Below the pieces are notes generated by a model, which saw only the letters and a list, made by a program, of their open reading frames with translations, was not told where the DNA came from and did not search any database. A DNA stretch of 64,000 nt from an uncultured Acidimicrobiaceae bacterium. Lineage in GTDB: Bacteria > Actinomycetota > Acidimicrobiia > Acidimicrobiales > Salinilacustritrichaceae. The stretch spans positions 18,515 through 82,514 of the forward strand of contig CAXAUZ010000016.1 in assembly GCA_963972525.1 (NCBI GenBank). The letters are read 5' to 3'. Of this stretch, positions 10,765 through 20,732 are shown piece by piece. The position numbers and the translations under genes are program-made. The first letter of the stretch is position 1; each line of letters opens with the position of its first letter.

Positions 10765-11790
10765 TCAGCGGGCCATCACGTGGACGCCGGCGGGGTCGAC
10801 GTCGAGGGCGACGGCATCGCCGACGGCCCACCGGGGTTCGGCCAGCACGTCGAGCATGACCCCGCCGGCGTCGACCACGGCGACCGGCGTGCCGCTGCGG
10901 TAGAGCAACCCGCAGACGACGCTTCGCACGTCGCCGTCCGAGGTCGGGACCAGCGCCGAGGGTGGCACCAGGACGCCCACGTCGCCGCGTGCGCGCCCCA
11001 CATCGACCGGGAGCACCCCGAGGGCGGTCTCCACGCCGCCCTCCACGACTCGCCCCGCCAGCACGTTGCGCTGACCGACGAGGCCGGCGACGGCGGTGGA
11101 CACCGGTGCGGCGATGACCTCGCCCGGCGTCCCCACCTGCGCGATGGCGCCGTCGAGCAGCACGGCGATGCGGTCGCCGAGCGCGGCCGCCTCGGTCGGG
11201 TCGTGGGTCACGGCCACGACCGTGACGTCGAGCTCGTCGAACAGCGACCGCAGCTCGACGAGCAGGCGCTCCCGCAGCAGCTGGTCGAGCGCGGCCAGGG
11301 GTTCGTCGAGGAGGACGACCTCGGGACGGGGCGCCAGCGCCCGGGCCAGCGCCACCCGCTGCGCCTCGCCGCCGGACAGGGTCGCCGGGTCGCGGTGCTC
11401 GTAGCCCGAGAGCCCGACGACGCCGAGTGCGTCCCGGACCCGCACGGACCGCTCCGCCCGGTCGACGCCCGCCATGCGCAGGCCGAACCCGACGTTGCCG
11501 GCCACGTCGAGGTGCGGGAACAGCGCCTGGTCCTGGAACACGACCCCGACGCCCCGGCGGTGGGCCGGCCGGTGGGTGACCTCGTCGCCGCCGAGGTGCA
11601 CCGAGCCGACATCGGGCTGCTCGAGCCCCGCGACGATGCGCAGCAGCGTCGACTTGCCGCTGCCCGACGGGCCCAGCAGCGCGAGCGTGCTGCCGTCCTC
11701 GACGGTGAGGTCGACGCCGTCGAGGACGGTGAGGGCACCGAACGCCTTGGAGACGCCGCGGACGGTCAGCGACGACACGTCAGAAGCCAC
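10765..11790 (-). CDS. thiQ: Thiamine-type ABC importer ATP-binding protein
   Basis: GPSGSGKSTLL, LSGGEAQRVALARAL, VVLLDEPLAALD. Last gene of the riboswitch-led operon. GTG at 11790 overlaps the permease end; GTG at 11778 is an alternative start. Confidence 0.8.
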   Translation of the reverse strand: MASDVSSLTVRGVSKAFGALTVLDGVDLTVEDGSTLALLGPSGSGKSTLLRIVAGLEQPDVGSVHLGGDEVTHRPAHRRGVGVVFQDQALFPHLDVAGNVGFGLRMAGVDRAERSVRVRDALGVVGLSGYEHRDPATLSGGEAQRVALARALAPRPEVVLLDEPLAALDQLLRERLLVELRSLFDELDVTVVAVTHDPTEAAALGDRIAVLLDGAIAQVGTPGEVIAAPVSTAVAGLVGQRNVLAGRVVEGGVETALGVLPVDVGRARGDVGVLVPPSALVPTSDGDVRSVVCGLLYRSGTPVAVVDAGGVMLDVLAEPRWAVGDAVALDVDPAGVHVMAR

Positions 11791-13453
11791 CGACGCGAGC
11801 GTCGCCGACGCGATCCACGAGCAGCATCACCGCGGCGGTCAGGGCGAGCAGGACGGTGGAGAGCGCCATCGCCTGGCCGACGTTCAGCGCCCCGGGCTGG
11901 GAGAGCGCTCGGAAGATGGCCACGGGAACGGTCGGCGCATCGGCCCGGGCGATGAACACCGTGGCGCCGAACTCCCCGAGGGAGATGGCGTAGGCGAAGC
12001 CGAGCGCGCCGAGCGCGGGCCGGCGCAGCAGGCGGGCGTCGACCTCCCACCACACCCGGTGCGGCGGCGCCCCGAGCGCTGCGGCCGCCTCCCGCAGGCG
12101 GGCGGGCACGGCGTCGAGCGCGGGCAGCAGCGTGCGGACGACGAAGGGGATGGCGATCACGGCCTGGGCGGCGGGGATCAGCAGCGGCGAGGTCCGCAGG
12201 TCCAGCGGGGGCTCGTCCAGCGCGATGAGGAACCCGAACCCGACGGTCACGGCGCTGACGCCGAGCGGCAGCATGAACGACGAGTCCGCGACCCCGCGGG
12301 CCCGACCCCCGAGGCGGTGCAGGCCGACGGCCGCGAGGCCGCCGACGACCAGCGCGGTCGTGGCGGCGGCCGCCCCGATGACCAGCGAGTTCCGCACCGC
12401 CTCGGCGGGTGGCACGAACAGCGCGCTCCCCCGACCGGTGGAGCCCAGCGCCCGGTAGTAGCCCAGGCCGGGTCCGCCGGCGGTGTCGAACGAGCGCCAG
12501 ACGAGGGTGGCGATCGGGACCCCGACCAGCAGCGCGGCCGAGGCGATGGTGGCCGCCACCCCCCAGTGCTCGGCCCCGGCCGGCCGGTGCAGGACGGATC
12601 GACCGGCGCGGGTGCGGGCGCTGCCCCGACGGGCACCGGCCCGCCGGTAGAGCGCCAGCGCGGCGATGACCGCAACGAGCTGCAGCAGGGACAGCACCGA
12701 TGCCGTGCGCAGGTCCAGCAGCTGGGTGGTGAGGCGGTGGATCTCCACCTCGATGGTGGCGATGCGCGGCCCGCCGAGGATCTTGACGACCCCGAAGGAG
12801 GTGAAGGTGAACAGGAAGACGATGGATGCCGCCCCGGCCAGCGCCGGCCGCAGCTGGGGCAGGGTGACGGTGCGGAACGTGGTCCAGCGGTCGGCCCCGA
12901 GGGTGCGGGCGGCGTCCTCGGCGGCCGGGTCGACGGCCATCCACGTCGCGCCGACCGTGCGGGCGACCACGGCGTAGTTGAAGAACACGTGGGCGAGGAT
13001 CACGGCGGTGGCGGTGCGCCGCAGGTCCACGTCGAAGCCGACCACGCCGCCGAGCGCGGCCACCGGTCCGTCGGGGCCGAGCACGGCCAGGAAGGCCGTG
13101 CCGACCACCACGGTGGGCAGCACGAACGGGACGATCAGGGCGGCGACCAGCAGCGAGCGGCCGGGGAACCGGATGCGCCCGATCAGCCACGCCGCCGGCA
13201 GGGCCGCCACGACGGTGACGGCCGTGGACAGCACCGCCTGCCAGAGCGTGAACCACGCCACCGACCGGGTGGTGGGCGACGTCAGCACCTCGCCCACCGC
13301 ACCGAGGTCCCAGCGGCCGCCCGCACGCAGCCCGGTGGAGATCAGCGTCGCCACCGGTACGGCGAAGAACACGCCGAGGAACGCCACCGGCACCGCGAAG
13401 GCGGCGGCGGTGACGGCCCGGGGGGCGCGGCCGGTTCGCTCGGCGGTGTTCAC
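11780..13453 (-). CDS. thiP: Thiamine-type ABC importer permease (fused double permease, ThiP-like)
   Basis: 557-aa ORF with about 12 TM segments in two repeated binding-protein-dependent permease halves, as in ThiP-type permeases. Confidence 0.8.
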   Translation of the reverse strand: MNTAERTGRAPRAVTAAAFAVPVAFLGVFFAVPVATLISTGLRAGGRWDLGAVGEVLTSPTTRSVAWFTLWQAVLSTAVTVVAALPAAWLIGRIRFPGRSLLVAALIVPFVLPTVVVGTAFLAVLGPDGPVAALGGVVGFDVDLRRTATAVILAHVFFNYAVVARTVGATWMAVDPAAEDAARTLGADRWTTFRTVTLPQLRPALAGAASIVFLFTFTSFGVVKILGGPRIATIEVEIHRLTTQLLDLRTASVLSLLQLVAVIAALALYRRAGARRGSARTRAGRSVLHRPAGAEHWGVAATIASAALLVGVPIATLVWRSFDTAGGPGLGYYRALGSTGRGSALFVPPAEAVRNSLVIGAAAATTALVVGGLAAVGLHRLGGRARGVADSSFMLPLGVSAVTVGFGFLIALDEPPLDLRTSPLLIPAAQAVIAIPFVVRTLLPALDAVPARLREAAAALGAPPHRVWWEVDARLLRRPALGALGFAYAISLGEFGATVFIARADAPTVPVAIFRALSQPGALNVGQAMALSTVLLALTAAVMLLVDRVGDARVGGF

Positions 13454-13460
13454 GTGCCGA

Positions 13461-14540
13461 TCATCGCAGCACGATCTCGGTCCACTCCTCGATCCATGCG
13501 TCGCGGTTCTCGGCGACCACGTCGGCGTCGAGCAGGTACGGGTCCTGCGGTTGGGCGCCGTGCTCGACGAACTCCGCCGGGAGCTCCACGTCGATCACCG
13601 GGTAGACGAACATGTTCAGCGGGACGTCCTCCTGGAACGTCGGCGAGAGCAGGAAGTCGATGAGCTGCCGGGCGGCCTCCTCGTGCTCGGTGCCGGCCAG
13701 GATCCCGGCGAACTCGATCTGTCGGTAGCAGGAGCCCTCCACGACGCCGGTGGGCGCCTCGTCGAGCGGCTCCTCGGCGAAGATGACCTCGGCCGGGGGG
13801 CTCGACGCGTAGCTCACCACGATGGGCCGGTCGCCGGGGCTGCCGGCAGCACCGGAGAAGCTGCCGTAGTACGCCTCCTCCCAGCCCGCGGCCACCTCCA
13901 CGTCGTTGGCCCGCAGGGCCCGCCAGTGGTCCTGCCAGCCGTCCTCGCCGAACTCGGCGACGGTGGCCAGCAGGTAGGCGAGGCCGGGTGAGGACGTGGC
14001 GGGGTTCTCGACCACGAGCGTGCCGGCGTAGGCGGGGTCGGCCAGGTCGGCGAGGTCGGTCGGCGGCTCCAGCCCGGCCTCGGCCAGGCCCGCCTTGTCG
14101 TAGTTGAGGCACACGTCGCCGGTGTCGATCGGCGTCACCCGGTGCTCGGGGTCAAGAACCAGCGACTCGTCGACGCCCTCGAGGGCCGGGGACTCGTAGG
14201 CCAGGAACAGGTCCTCGTCGAGGGCACGCGAGAGGAAGGTGCTGTCCACGCCGAACAGGACGTCGCCCTGGGGCGAGCCCTTCGTGAGGATCGCCTGGTT
14301 CAGCATGGAGCCGGCATCGCCGGACGGGAGGAGCTCGACGGTGACGCCGGTGTCCTCGGTGAACGCGGCCAGCACCTCCTCGGACACGTCGAAGCTGTCG
14401 TGGGTCAGCATCGTGATGCTGGTGGCCGCCACGCCCTCGGGGTCCGGCGCGGGCTCGGCGGTGTCGTCATCGTCGCCGCACGCCGCCACGACCAGCGCGG
14501 CGGCGAGCAGGGCGGACAGGGTTCGTCGGGTCGACGTCAC
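13461..14540 (-). CDS. thiB: Thiamine-type ABC importer substrate-binding lipoprotein
   Basis: GTG at 14540 (GAGGAG upstream) overlaps the thiN stop as GTGA. Signal peptide with lipobox LVVAAC followed by GDDDD. Periplasmic-binding-protein-like body. Confidence 0.8.
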   Translation of the reverse strand: MTSTRRTLSALLAAALVVAACGDDDDTAEPAPDPEGVAATSITMLTHDSFDVSEEVLAAFTEDTGVTVELLPSGDAGSMLNQAILTKGSPQGDVLFGVDSTFLSRALDEDLFLAYESPALEGVDESLVLDPEHRVTPIDTGDVCLNYDKAGLAEAGLEPPTDLADLADPAYAGTLVVENPATSSPGLAYLLATVAEFGEDGWQDHWRALRANDVEVAAGWEEAYYGSFSGAAGSPGDRPIVVSYASSPPAEVIFAEEPLDEAPTGVVEGSCYRQIEFAGILAGTEHEEAARQLIDFLLSPTFQEDVPLNMFVYPVIDVELPAEFVEHGAQPQDPYLLDADVVAENRDAWIEEWTEIVLR

Positions 14541-15214
14541 GGGGTCTCCTCGGTTCGGGGGGTGATGCAGAGCACGGCGCCGGCGTGGACGCGCAGGTCG
14601 AACGGGCTGCCGGTGGCCTCGTTGCTGACGCCACGGGTGGTGCCGGCGGCGAGCGGGGCGCGGTCCAGGGGCCAGCGCACCCCGCTGACCGACACCGTCG
14701 CCGCGCCGTGGACGGGCACGATCGACACGATCCCGCCCGCCGGCAGCTGCCCGGCGAGGCGGTCCCGGACCACCCACGCCCGCCCCTGGGCGAGCACGAG
14801 CTCGATGTCGAGGTCGGCGAAGGGCTCCGCCGCGGCCAGCAGCAGGTTGGCCAGGGCGTGGTCGGGACGGCCGCCCTCGAGGCCGAGCACCAGCACCCGA
14901 CGTCCGGGCGCAGGGTTCGCCGGCGCGAGCTCGGCCGCGACCTCCAGCGCCAGCTCGAGGTCGGTGGCGTCCTTGGCCATCGGGTGCACGCGCACGTCCG
15001 AGACCTCGGCAGCGAGGGCCGACCGTCCGGCGGCGGACACCGAGTCGAAGTCCCCCACCGCGACGTCGACCTCCCAGCCCAGCCCCCGGGCCAGGTCCAC
15101 GCCCGCATCGGCCGCGACGACGCGGGCCGATGCGGGCACGACGGCCACGAGGCCGGGCGCGACCGGTTCGCCTCCGGCGACGACGACGATGTCGGGCGGA
15201 CGATCGAGGTCCAC
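14537..15214 (-). CDS. thiN: Thiamine pyrophosphokinase
   Basis: IVVVAGGEP...VVAADAGVD...AVGDFDSV...KDATDLELAL plus a C-terminal thiamine-binding domain. GTG at 15214 lies just after the riboswitch 3' GGAGGGAA. The longer ORF-track start (15409) would run through the riboswitch. Confidence 0.8.
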   Translation of the reverse strand: MDLDRPPDIVVVAGGEPVAPGLVAVVPASARVVAADAGVDLARGLGWEVDVAVGDFDSVSAAGRSALAAEVSDVRVHPMAKDATDLELALEVAAELAPANPAPGRRVLVLGLEGGRPDHALANLLLAAAEPFADLDIELVLAQGRAWVVRDRLAGQLPAGGIVSIVPVHGAATVSVSGVRWPLDRAPLAAGTTRGVSNEATGSPFDLRVHAGAVLCITPRTEETP

Positions 15215-15215
15215 G

Positions 15216-15306
15216 ACGTTCCCTCCGCTGGCATTACCCAGATCAGGTTCCAGGGTCGGTGACGGCGCTGCGGTCACCCTCTCAGCCCGGCTGCCCCGAG
15301 CTCCCC
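15216..15306 (-). ncRNA. TPP (THI-box) riboswitch
   Basis: The minus strand reads GGGGCAGCCGGGCTGAGAGGGTGACCGCAGCGCCGTCACCGACCCTGGAACCTGATCTGGGTAATGCCAGCGGAGGGAA. It contains the conserved CUGAGA and ACCUGAUCUGGnUAAUGCCAGCG elements. The 3' GGAGGGAA doubles as the SD of thiN. Confidence 0.9.
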
Positions 15307-15485
15307 GCGCCGGAATCCTGTGCGGCGCGGAGCCGACCATACCGGACCGGTCCACCGGGACCTTGGTCACCTGATGCGCCTGGATCATTGTCCCGGACCC
15401 CGCGGACACCTACCGTTGCGCCGTCCCCTGACATTTCACGGGTATGCGCACATCCTGCGTGACCCCACCCGGAGGTAGATCCCCT

Positions 15486-16592
15486 GTGCTGAACCGACGC
15501 TGGATGCGGCTGCTCGCGCTGCTGCTCGGCCTGTCCCTCGTCGCTGCCGCGTGCGGCGACGACGACGACACCGACACGACCACTGACGACACCGAAGACG
15601 CGACCGACGACACCTCGGAGGACGGCGAGGGCTCCGACAGCGACTTCCTGGCCTGCGAGGTCACCGACACCGGTGGCGTCGACGACCGCTCCTTCAACGA
15701 GAACGCCTACAACGGCCTCGTCCAGGCCTCCGAGGAGATCGGCTTCGAGCCGGTCGTGCTCGAGTCCCAGAGCGATGCCGACTTCGAGCCCAACATCCAG
15801 GCGCTCATCGACCAGGGCTGCGACCTCGTCGTGACCGTCGGCTTCCTGCTGGGCGACGCCACCGAGGCGGCCGCCCAGGAGAACACCGACACCGACTTCG
15901 CCATCGTCGACTTCGCCTACGAGACCGAGTACGAGAACGTCCTCGGCCTGACCTACGCCACCGACCAGGCGGCCTTCATGGCCGGCTACGTGGCCGCGGC
16001 CCAGACCCAGACCGGCACCGTCGGCACCTACGGCGGCCTCAACATCCCCACCGTGAACATCTTCATGAAGGGCTTCGAGGCCGGCATCGAGTACCACAAC
16101 GAGCAGAAGGGCACCGACGTGCAGCTCGTGGGCTGGAGCACCGCCGACGACGATGGTCTGTTCACCGGTGACTTCGAGGACCTCTCGAAGGGCCGCCAGA
16201 CCACCGAGTCGCTGCTCGACCAGGGCGCCGACATCATCCTCCCGGTGGCCGGCCCCGTGGGCCAGGGCTCCGTCGAGGCGATCCGCGCCGGCGGCGACGA
16301 CGCCAAGCTGATCTGGGTCGACACCGACGGCTGCGAGTCCGTCGCCGACGCCTGCGACCTGTTCCTCACCAGCGTCATGAAGAACTTCGACGTGTCGGTG
16401 TACGACGCGGTGACGGCTGCGGCCAACGGCGAGTTCGAGGGCGGCGTCTACAGCGGCACGCTCGAGAACGACGGCGTGGAGCTCGGCCCGTTCAACGAGT
16501 TCGAAGGCGACATCTCCGACGAGCTGCAGAGCGAGCTGGACGACATCCGGGCCGGCATCATCGACGGTTCGATCGCCACGACCCTCGAGTAG
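15486..16592 (+). CDS. BMP-family (PnrA-like) nucleoside-binding ABC transporter lipoprotein
   Basis: Signal peptide and lipobox-like LVAAAC followed by GDDDD. Motifs DDRSFNENAYNGL, DFAIVDF and IWVDTDG are typical of Bmp/PnrA. GTG at 15486 (GGAGG at 15471-15475); ATG at 15504 or 15444 are alternatives. Confidence 0.85.
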   Translation: MLNRRWMRLLALLLGLSLVAAACGDDDDTDTTTDDTEDATDDTSEDGEGSDSDFLACEVTDTGGVDDRSFNENAYNGLVQASEEIGFEPVVLESQSDADFEPNIQALIDQGCDLVVTVGFLLGDATEAAAQENTDTDFAIVDFAYETEYENVLGLTYATDQAAFMAGYVAAAQTQTGTVGTYGGLNIPTVNIFMKGFEAGIEYHNEQKGTDVQLVGWSTADDDGLFTGDFEDLSKGRQTTESLLDQGADIILPVAGPVGQGSVEAIRAGGDDAKLIWVDTDGCESVADACDLFLTSVMKNFDVSVYDAVTAAANGEFEGGVYSGTLENDGVELGPFNEFEGDISDELQSELDDIRAGIIDGSIATTLE

Positions 16593-16636
16593 TCCGACGG
16601 CTCCGCCCGGTTCGGGCGGTATGCCGACGATGTGAG

Positions 16637-16667
16637 CCAGAGGCCGGGTCCTGCACCCGGCCTCTGG
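16637..16667 (+). other. Perfect 13-bp stem / 5-nt loop hairpin between the binding-protein gene and the ATPase gene
   Basis: CCAGAGGCCGGGT (16637-16649), loop CCTGC, ACCCGGCCTCTGG (16655-16667). No U-tract. The position fits an intra-operon processing or attenuation hairpin. Confidence 0.5.
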
Positions 16668-16705
16668 CGCGTCCGGGGCCCCGCCACGCGCTAGACATCC
16701 GTCCG

Positions 16706-18211
16706 ATGCGGGTCGAGCTGCGTGGGATCACCAAGCGCTTCCCCGGCGTGGTCGCCAACGAAGACGTGAACCTGGTGGTCGAACCCGGCCAGGTGCATGC
16801 GCTCCTCGGCGAGAACGGTGCCGGGAAGTCCACCCTGATGAACGTCCTCTTCGGCCTGTACCGCCAGACCGAGGGCGAGGTCCTGCTCGACGGGGTGCCG
16901 GCGTCGTTCTCGTCCCCCGCCGACGCCATCGACGCCGGGATCGGCATGGTGCACCAGCACTTCATGCTCGTGCCCGTGTTCACCGTCGCCGAGAACGTGA
17001 TGCTCGGCGTGGAGCCGACCTCGGCACCCGGGGTGCTCGATCGGGACGCCGCCCGGCGCCGGGTGCTCGAGCTGTCCGCCCGCCACGGCCTCGACGTGGA
17101 CCCCGACGCGATGGTGGAGGACCTGCCCGTCGGCGTGCAGCAGCGGGTCGAGATCCTCAAGGCGCTCTACCGCGAGGCCGACTGCCTCATCCTCGACGAG
17201 CCCACGGCCGTGCTCACCCCGTCCGAGATCGACGACATGCTGGAGATCATCCGGCGCCTCGCCGACGAAGGCCGCTCCGTCATCTTCATCTCCCACAAGC
17301 TGCGGGAGGTGCGGGCGATCGCCGACACCATCACGATCCTGCGCCGCGGGCGCGTGGTGGGCACCACCACCCCGGACGAGAGCGACGAGCAGGAGCTGGC
17401 CACCGCCATGGTCGGCCGCGACGTCCAGCTCGTCGTCGACCGCAGCGCCGCCTCCCCCACCGACGTGGTGCTGCGGGTCTCGGACCTGCGGGTGCGCGAC
17501 GAGCGCGACCAGCTCGCCGTCGCCGACGTCTCCTTCGACGTGCGGGCCGGCGAGATCGTGGCCATCGCCGGCGTGCAGGGCAACGGCCAGTCCGAGCTCG
17601 TGTCCGCCATCGTGGGGCTGCGGCGACCCACCGCCGGCCGGGTGGAGCTCGACGGCACCGACGTCACCGGGGCGAACCCGGCCCGCATGGTGGAGCTCGG
17701 CGTCGCCCACGTCCCCGAGGACCGCCAGCGCGACGGCCTGATCTCGTCGTTCCCCGTCTCGGACAACCTCGTCCTGAACCTCACCGGGCGGTCGCCATAC
17801 TCCCGGGGCATCCGGATGGACCGCCGGGCGATCCGGGAGAACGCCGAGCGCCTCGTCCAGGACTTCGACATCCGGACCTCGTCCATCGACGCTGCCGTCG
17901 GCACCCTGTCCGGGGGCAACCAGCAGAAGGTGATCGTGGGACGGGAGATGTCGCACACCGAGCGGCTGCTCGTGCTGAGCCAGCCGACCCGCGGCCTCGA
18001 CGTGGGATCGATCCAGTACATCCACCACCGCATCGTCCAGGCCCGCGACCAGGGCCTGGCCGTGCTCCTCAACTCCTCCGAGCTCGACGAGGTGCTCGCC
18101 CTCGCCGACCGGGTGATCGTGATGTACCGCGGCGGCGTCATCGGCGAGGTCAGCGGCGAGGAGGCCACCCGCGACTCCGTCGGCATGCTCATGGCCGGAG
18201 CCCGGGCATGA
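16706..18211 (+). CDS. ABC transporter ATP-binding protein, duplicated ATPase (sugar/nucleoside importer type)
   Basis: 501 aa, two ABC domains (GENGAGKST, LSGGNQQK). Stop overlaps the next start as ATGA. Confidence 0.9.
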   Translation: MRVELRGITKRFPGVVANEDVNLVVEPGQVHALLGENGAGKSTLMNVLFGLYRQTEGEVLLDGVPASFSSPADAIDAGIGMVHQHFMLVPVFTVAENVMLGVEPTSAPGVLDRDAARRRVLELSARHGLDVDPDAMVEDLPVGVQQRVEILKALYREADCLILDEPTAVLTPSEIDDMLEIIRRLADEGRSVIFISHKLREVRAIADTITILRRGRVVGTTTPDESDEQELATAMVGRDVQLVVDRSAASPTDVVLRVSDLRVRDERDQLAVADVSFDVRAGEIVAIAGVQGNGQSELVSAIVGLRRPTAGRVELDGTDVTGANPARMVELGVAHVPEDRQRDGLISSFPVSDNLVLNLTGRSPYSRGIRMDRRAIRENAERLVQDFDIRTSSIDAAVGTLSGGNQQKVIVGREMSHTERLLVLSQPTRGLDVGSIQYIHHRIVQARDQGLAVLLNSSELDEVLALADRVIVMYRGGVIGEVSGEEATRDSVGMLMAGARA

Positions 18212-19449
18212 CCGCCCCGCCGACCGAGGCACCCGAGGCGCTGCCGTCCGACGCGGACGACCCGCTCGCCGGCGCCCCCCACGAGCGCCGTCCCGGCGTC
18301 GTCGGCGCCCTGCGCGAGCTCGCGCTGGGCCTGATCGGCCCGCTGCTGGCGATCCTCACCGCGCTCATCGTCGGCGCGCTCATCATCGTCTTCACCGACC
18401 CCACGACGCTCGAGGCGTGGGGGTCCTTCTTCTCCGCCCCCGGCACCGCGCTGGCCGACTCGTGGGACCTCATCGCCACCAGCTACCGGGCCCTGTTCGA
18501 CTCCTCCCTCGGCAGCCAGCGGGCCCTGGCCCGCACGCTCGTCCAGTCCACGCCCCTGATCCTCGTCGGCCTCTCCGTAGCGCTCGCGTTCAAGGCCGGC
18601 ATGTTCAACATCGGCGGCGCCGGGCAGCTCATCGTCGGCGCGATGGCCGCCGCCTGGATCGGGATCACCTTCGACCTCCCCCAGGTCGTGCACCTGCCGC
18701 TCGCCCTGGTGGCCGGCGTCATCGGCGGCGCGGTGTGGGGCGGGATCGTCGGGTTCCTCAAGGCCCGCACCGGCGCCCACGAGGTCATCACCTCGATCAT
18801 GCTGAACTTCGTCGCCCTGCGGCTGCTCGACTACGCCCTGTCCACCGACACGTTCCGGCGCCCGGGCCGCAGCGACCCGATCAGCCCGGAGATGCCGGCC
18901 TCGGTGCGCCTGCCGGAGCCGATCGACTCGTTCCAGGTCCACCTCGGCTTCGTCATCGCCCTGCTCGTCGCCTGGGGCGCCTGGTGGCTGCTGCAGCGCA
19001 CCACCATCGGGTTCCGCATGCGGGCGGTGGGCGCCAACGCCAAGGCCGCCCGCTACGCCGGCATGGGGGTGGCGGCCACCACGGTGCTGTCCATGGGCAT
19101 CGCCGGCGGCCTGGCCGGACTCGGCGGCACCACGATCCTGCTCGGCAGCACCCCGCGCCTCACCGGCGGGTTCTTCGCCAGCGTCGGCTTCGACGCCATC
19201 GCCCTGGCCCTGCTGGGCCGGGCCAGCCCGATCGGCGTCGTCGGCGCCGGGCTGCTCTTCGGTGCGCTGCAGGCCGGGTCCACCGGCATGCAGGCCCAGA
19301 CCTCCACGCCCATCGACATCATCTTCGTCATCCAGGCGCTGATCATCCTCTTCGTCGCCGCGCCGGCCATCGTGCGGACGGTCTGGCGGGTCAAGGAGAC
19401 CCGCCTCGGCGCCGGGCAGCGGTTCAGCGCCGGCTGGGGAGCCCAATGA
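18208..19449 (+). CDS. ABC importer permease (BMP/nucleoside system)
   Basis: 413-aa multi-TM ORF translationally coupled on both sides. Confidence 0.85.
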   Translation: MTAPPTEAPEALPSDADDPLAGAPHERRPGVVGALRELALGLIGPLLAILTALIVGALIIVFTDPTTLEAWGSFFSAPGTALADSWDLIATSYRALFDSSLGSQRALARTLVQSTPLILVGLSVALAFKAGMFNIGGAGQLIVGAMAAAWIGITFDLPQVVHLPLALVAGVIGGAVWGGIVGFLKARTGAHEVITSIMLNFVALRLLDYALSTDTFRRPGRSDPISPEMPASVRLPEPIDSFQVHLGFVIALLVAWGAWWLLQRTTIGFRMRAVGANAKAARYAGMGVAATTVLSMGIAGGLAGLGGTTILLGSTPRLTGGFFASVGFDAIALALLGRASPIGVVGAGLLFGALQAGSTGMQAQTSTPIDIIFVIQALIILFVAAPAIVRTVWRVKETRLGAGQRFSAGWGAQ

Positions 19450-20732
19450 CCTCCGTGACCACCGCCCCCGCGCCCGCACCCCGCGACGACGTCGTCGAGG
19501 ACACCGGCGCCCGCCGCCACGCCCTCACCGTCGCCGGCCTGTGCTTCCTCGCCGGCGTGGCGGCCATCGTCCTGTTCGGCCTCACCGCCACGTCGGACCA
19601 GGTGTCCACGTTGCTGATGAACCCCCGTGGCGTCGACACCATCCCCGACGTCGAGCTGCCCACCCAGATCGCGGCCTTCGTCCTCGGGTTCGGTGCCATC
19701 GCCCTCGGCGTGCGGGCCCTCCAGGTCGTCGACCCCAAGATCACCGTGTTCTTCGGCGGCGCGCTGGGCCTGTTCGCCCTCGCCCTCGTGATCTGGGCGG
19801 CGCGGGACGGCACCGGCGCGTTCTACGGCCTCATCGCCGGGTCGGTGCAGCGAGCCACGCCCATCGCGCTCGGGGCCATCGCCGGCCTGCTGTGCGAGCG
19901 CACCGGCGTCATCAACATCGCGATCGAGGGCATGATGCTGGCCGCGGCGTTCGGGGCCGCCATCACCGCCAGCGCCACGGGAAGCCTCTGGATCGGCCTG
20001 CTGTGCGGCGTCCTCACCGGCGCGCTGTTCGGCGCCATCCACGCCGTCATCAGCATCCGCTACGAGGTCGACCAGATCGTCGGCGGCACGTTCATCAACA
20101 TCTTCGCCCTCGGTCTCACCAGCTACCTGACGGTGCGCGTCCTGGTGGAGTACTCCGACCTCAACCAGCCCGGGACGTTCCGGCCCTTCGAGATCCCCCT
20201 GCTGGTGGACATCCCGTTCCTCGGGCCCCTGCTGTTCAGCCAGAACGTCTTCGGCTTCGTCATGTTCGGCCTGGTGGCGTTCCTGGCCTGGGCGCTGTTC
20301 AACACCCGGTGGGGCCTGCGGGTCCGCTCCGTCGGCGAGCACCCTCGGGCCGCCGACACCGTCGGCATCAGCGTGCGCTTCATCCGCTACCGCAACGTGA
20401 TCCTCGGCGGCATGGTCGCCGGCATCGGCGGCGCCTGGTTCACGCTCGGGTCGGCGGGCCGCTTCGACCAGAACATGACCAACGGCAAGGGCTTCATCGC
20501 CCTGGCCGCCATGATCTTCGGTCGCTGGCACCCGGTCGGCGCCCTCATCGCCGCGCTCATCTTCGGCTTCTCCGAGCAGCTCAACGACTACCTCGCCCTG
20601 CTCGACACCCCGATCCCCTCGGAGTTCCTGCTCATGGCCCCCTACGTCGTGACCATCGTCGTGGTGGCCGGCCTCGTCGGGCGCCCCCGGGTCCCGGCGG
20701 CCAACGGCCAGGTGTACCGGTCCGGCGGATGA
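19446..20732 (+). CDS. ABC importer permease (BMP/nucleoside system)
   Basis: ATG at 19446 overlaps the previous stop (ATGA). Multi-TM body (ERTGVINIAIEGMMLAAAF...). Confidence 0.85.
   Translation: MTSVTTAPAPAPRDDVVEDTGARRHALTVAGLCFLAGVAAIVLFGLTATSDQVSTLLMNPRGVDTIPDVELPTQIAAFVLGFGAIALGVRALQVVDPKITVFFGGALGLFALALVIWAARDGTGAFYGLIAGSVQRATPIALGAIAGLLCERTGVINIAIEGMMLAAAFGAAITASATGSLWIGLLCGVLTGALFGAIHAVISIRYEVDQIVGGTFINIFALGLTSYLTVRVLVEYSDLNQPGTFRPFEIPLLVDIPFLGPLLFSQNVFGFVMFGLVAFLAWALFNTRWGLRVRSVGEHPRAADTVGISVRFIRYRNVILGGMVAGIGGAWFTLGSAGRFDQNMTNGKGFIALAAMIFGRWHPVGALIAALIFGFSEQLNDYLALLDTPIPSEFLLMAPYVVTIVVVAGLVGRPRVPAANGQVYRSGG

Noticed and set aside
14537-15409. The long form of the thiamine pyrophosphokinase ORF, with 65 extra N-terminal residues.
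   Set aside because: The extension would be translated through the TPP riboswitch. GTG at 15214, directly after the riboswitch SD, gives a normal-length TPK.
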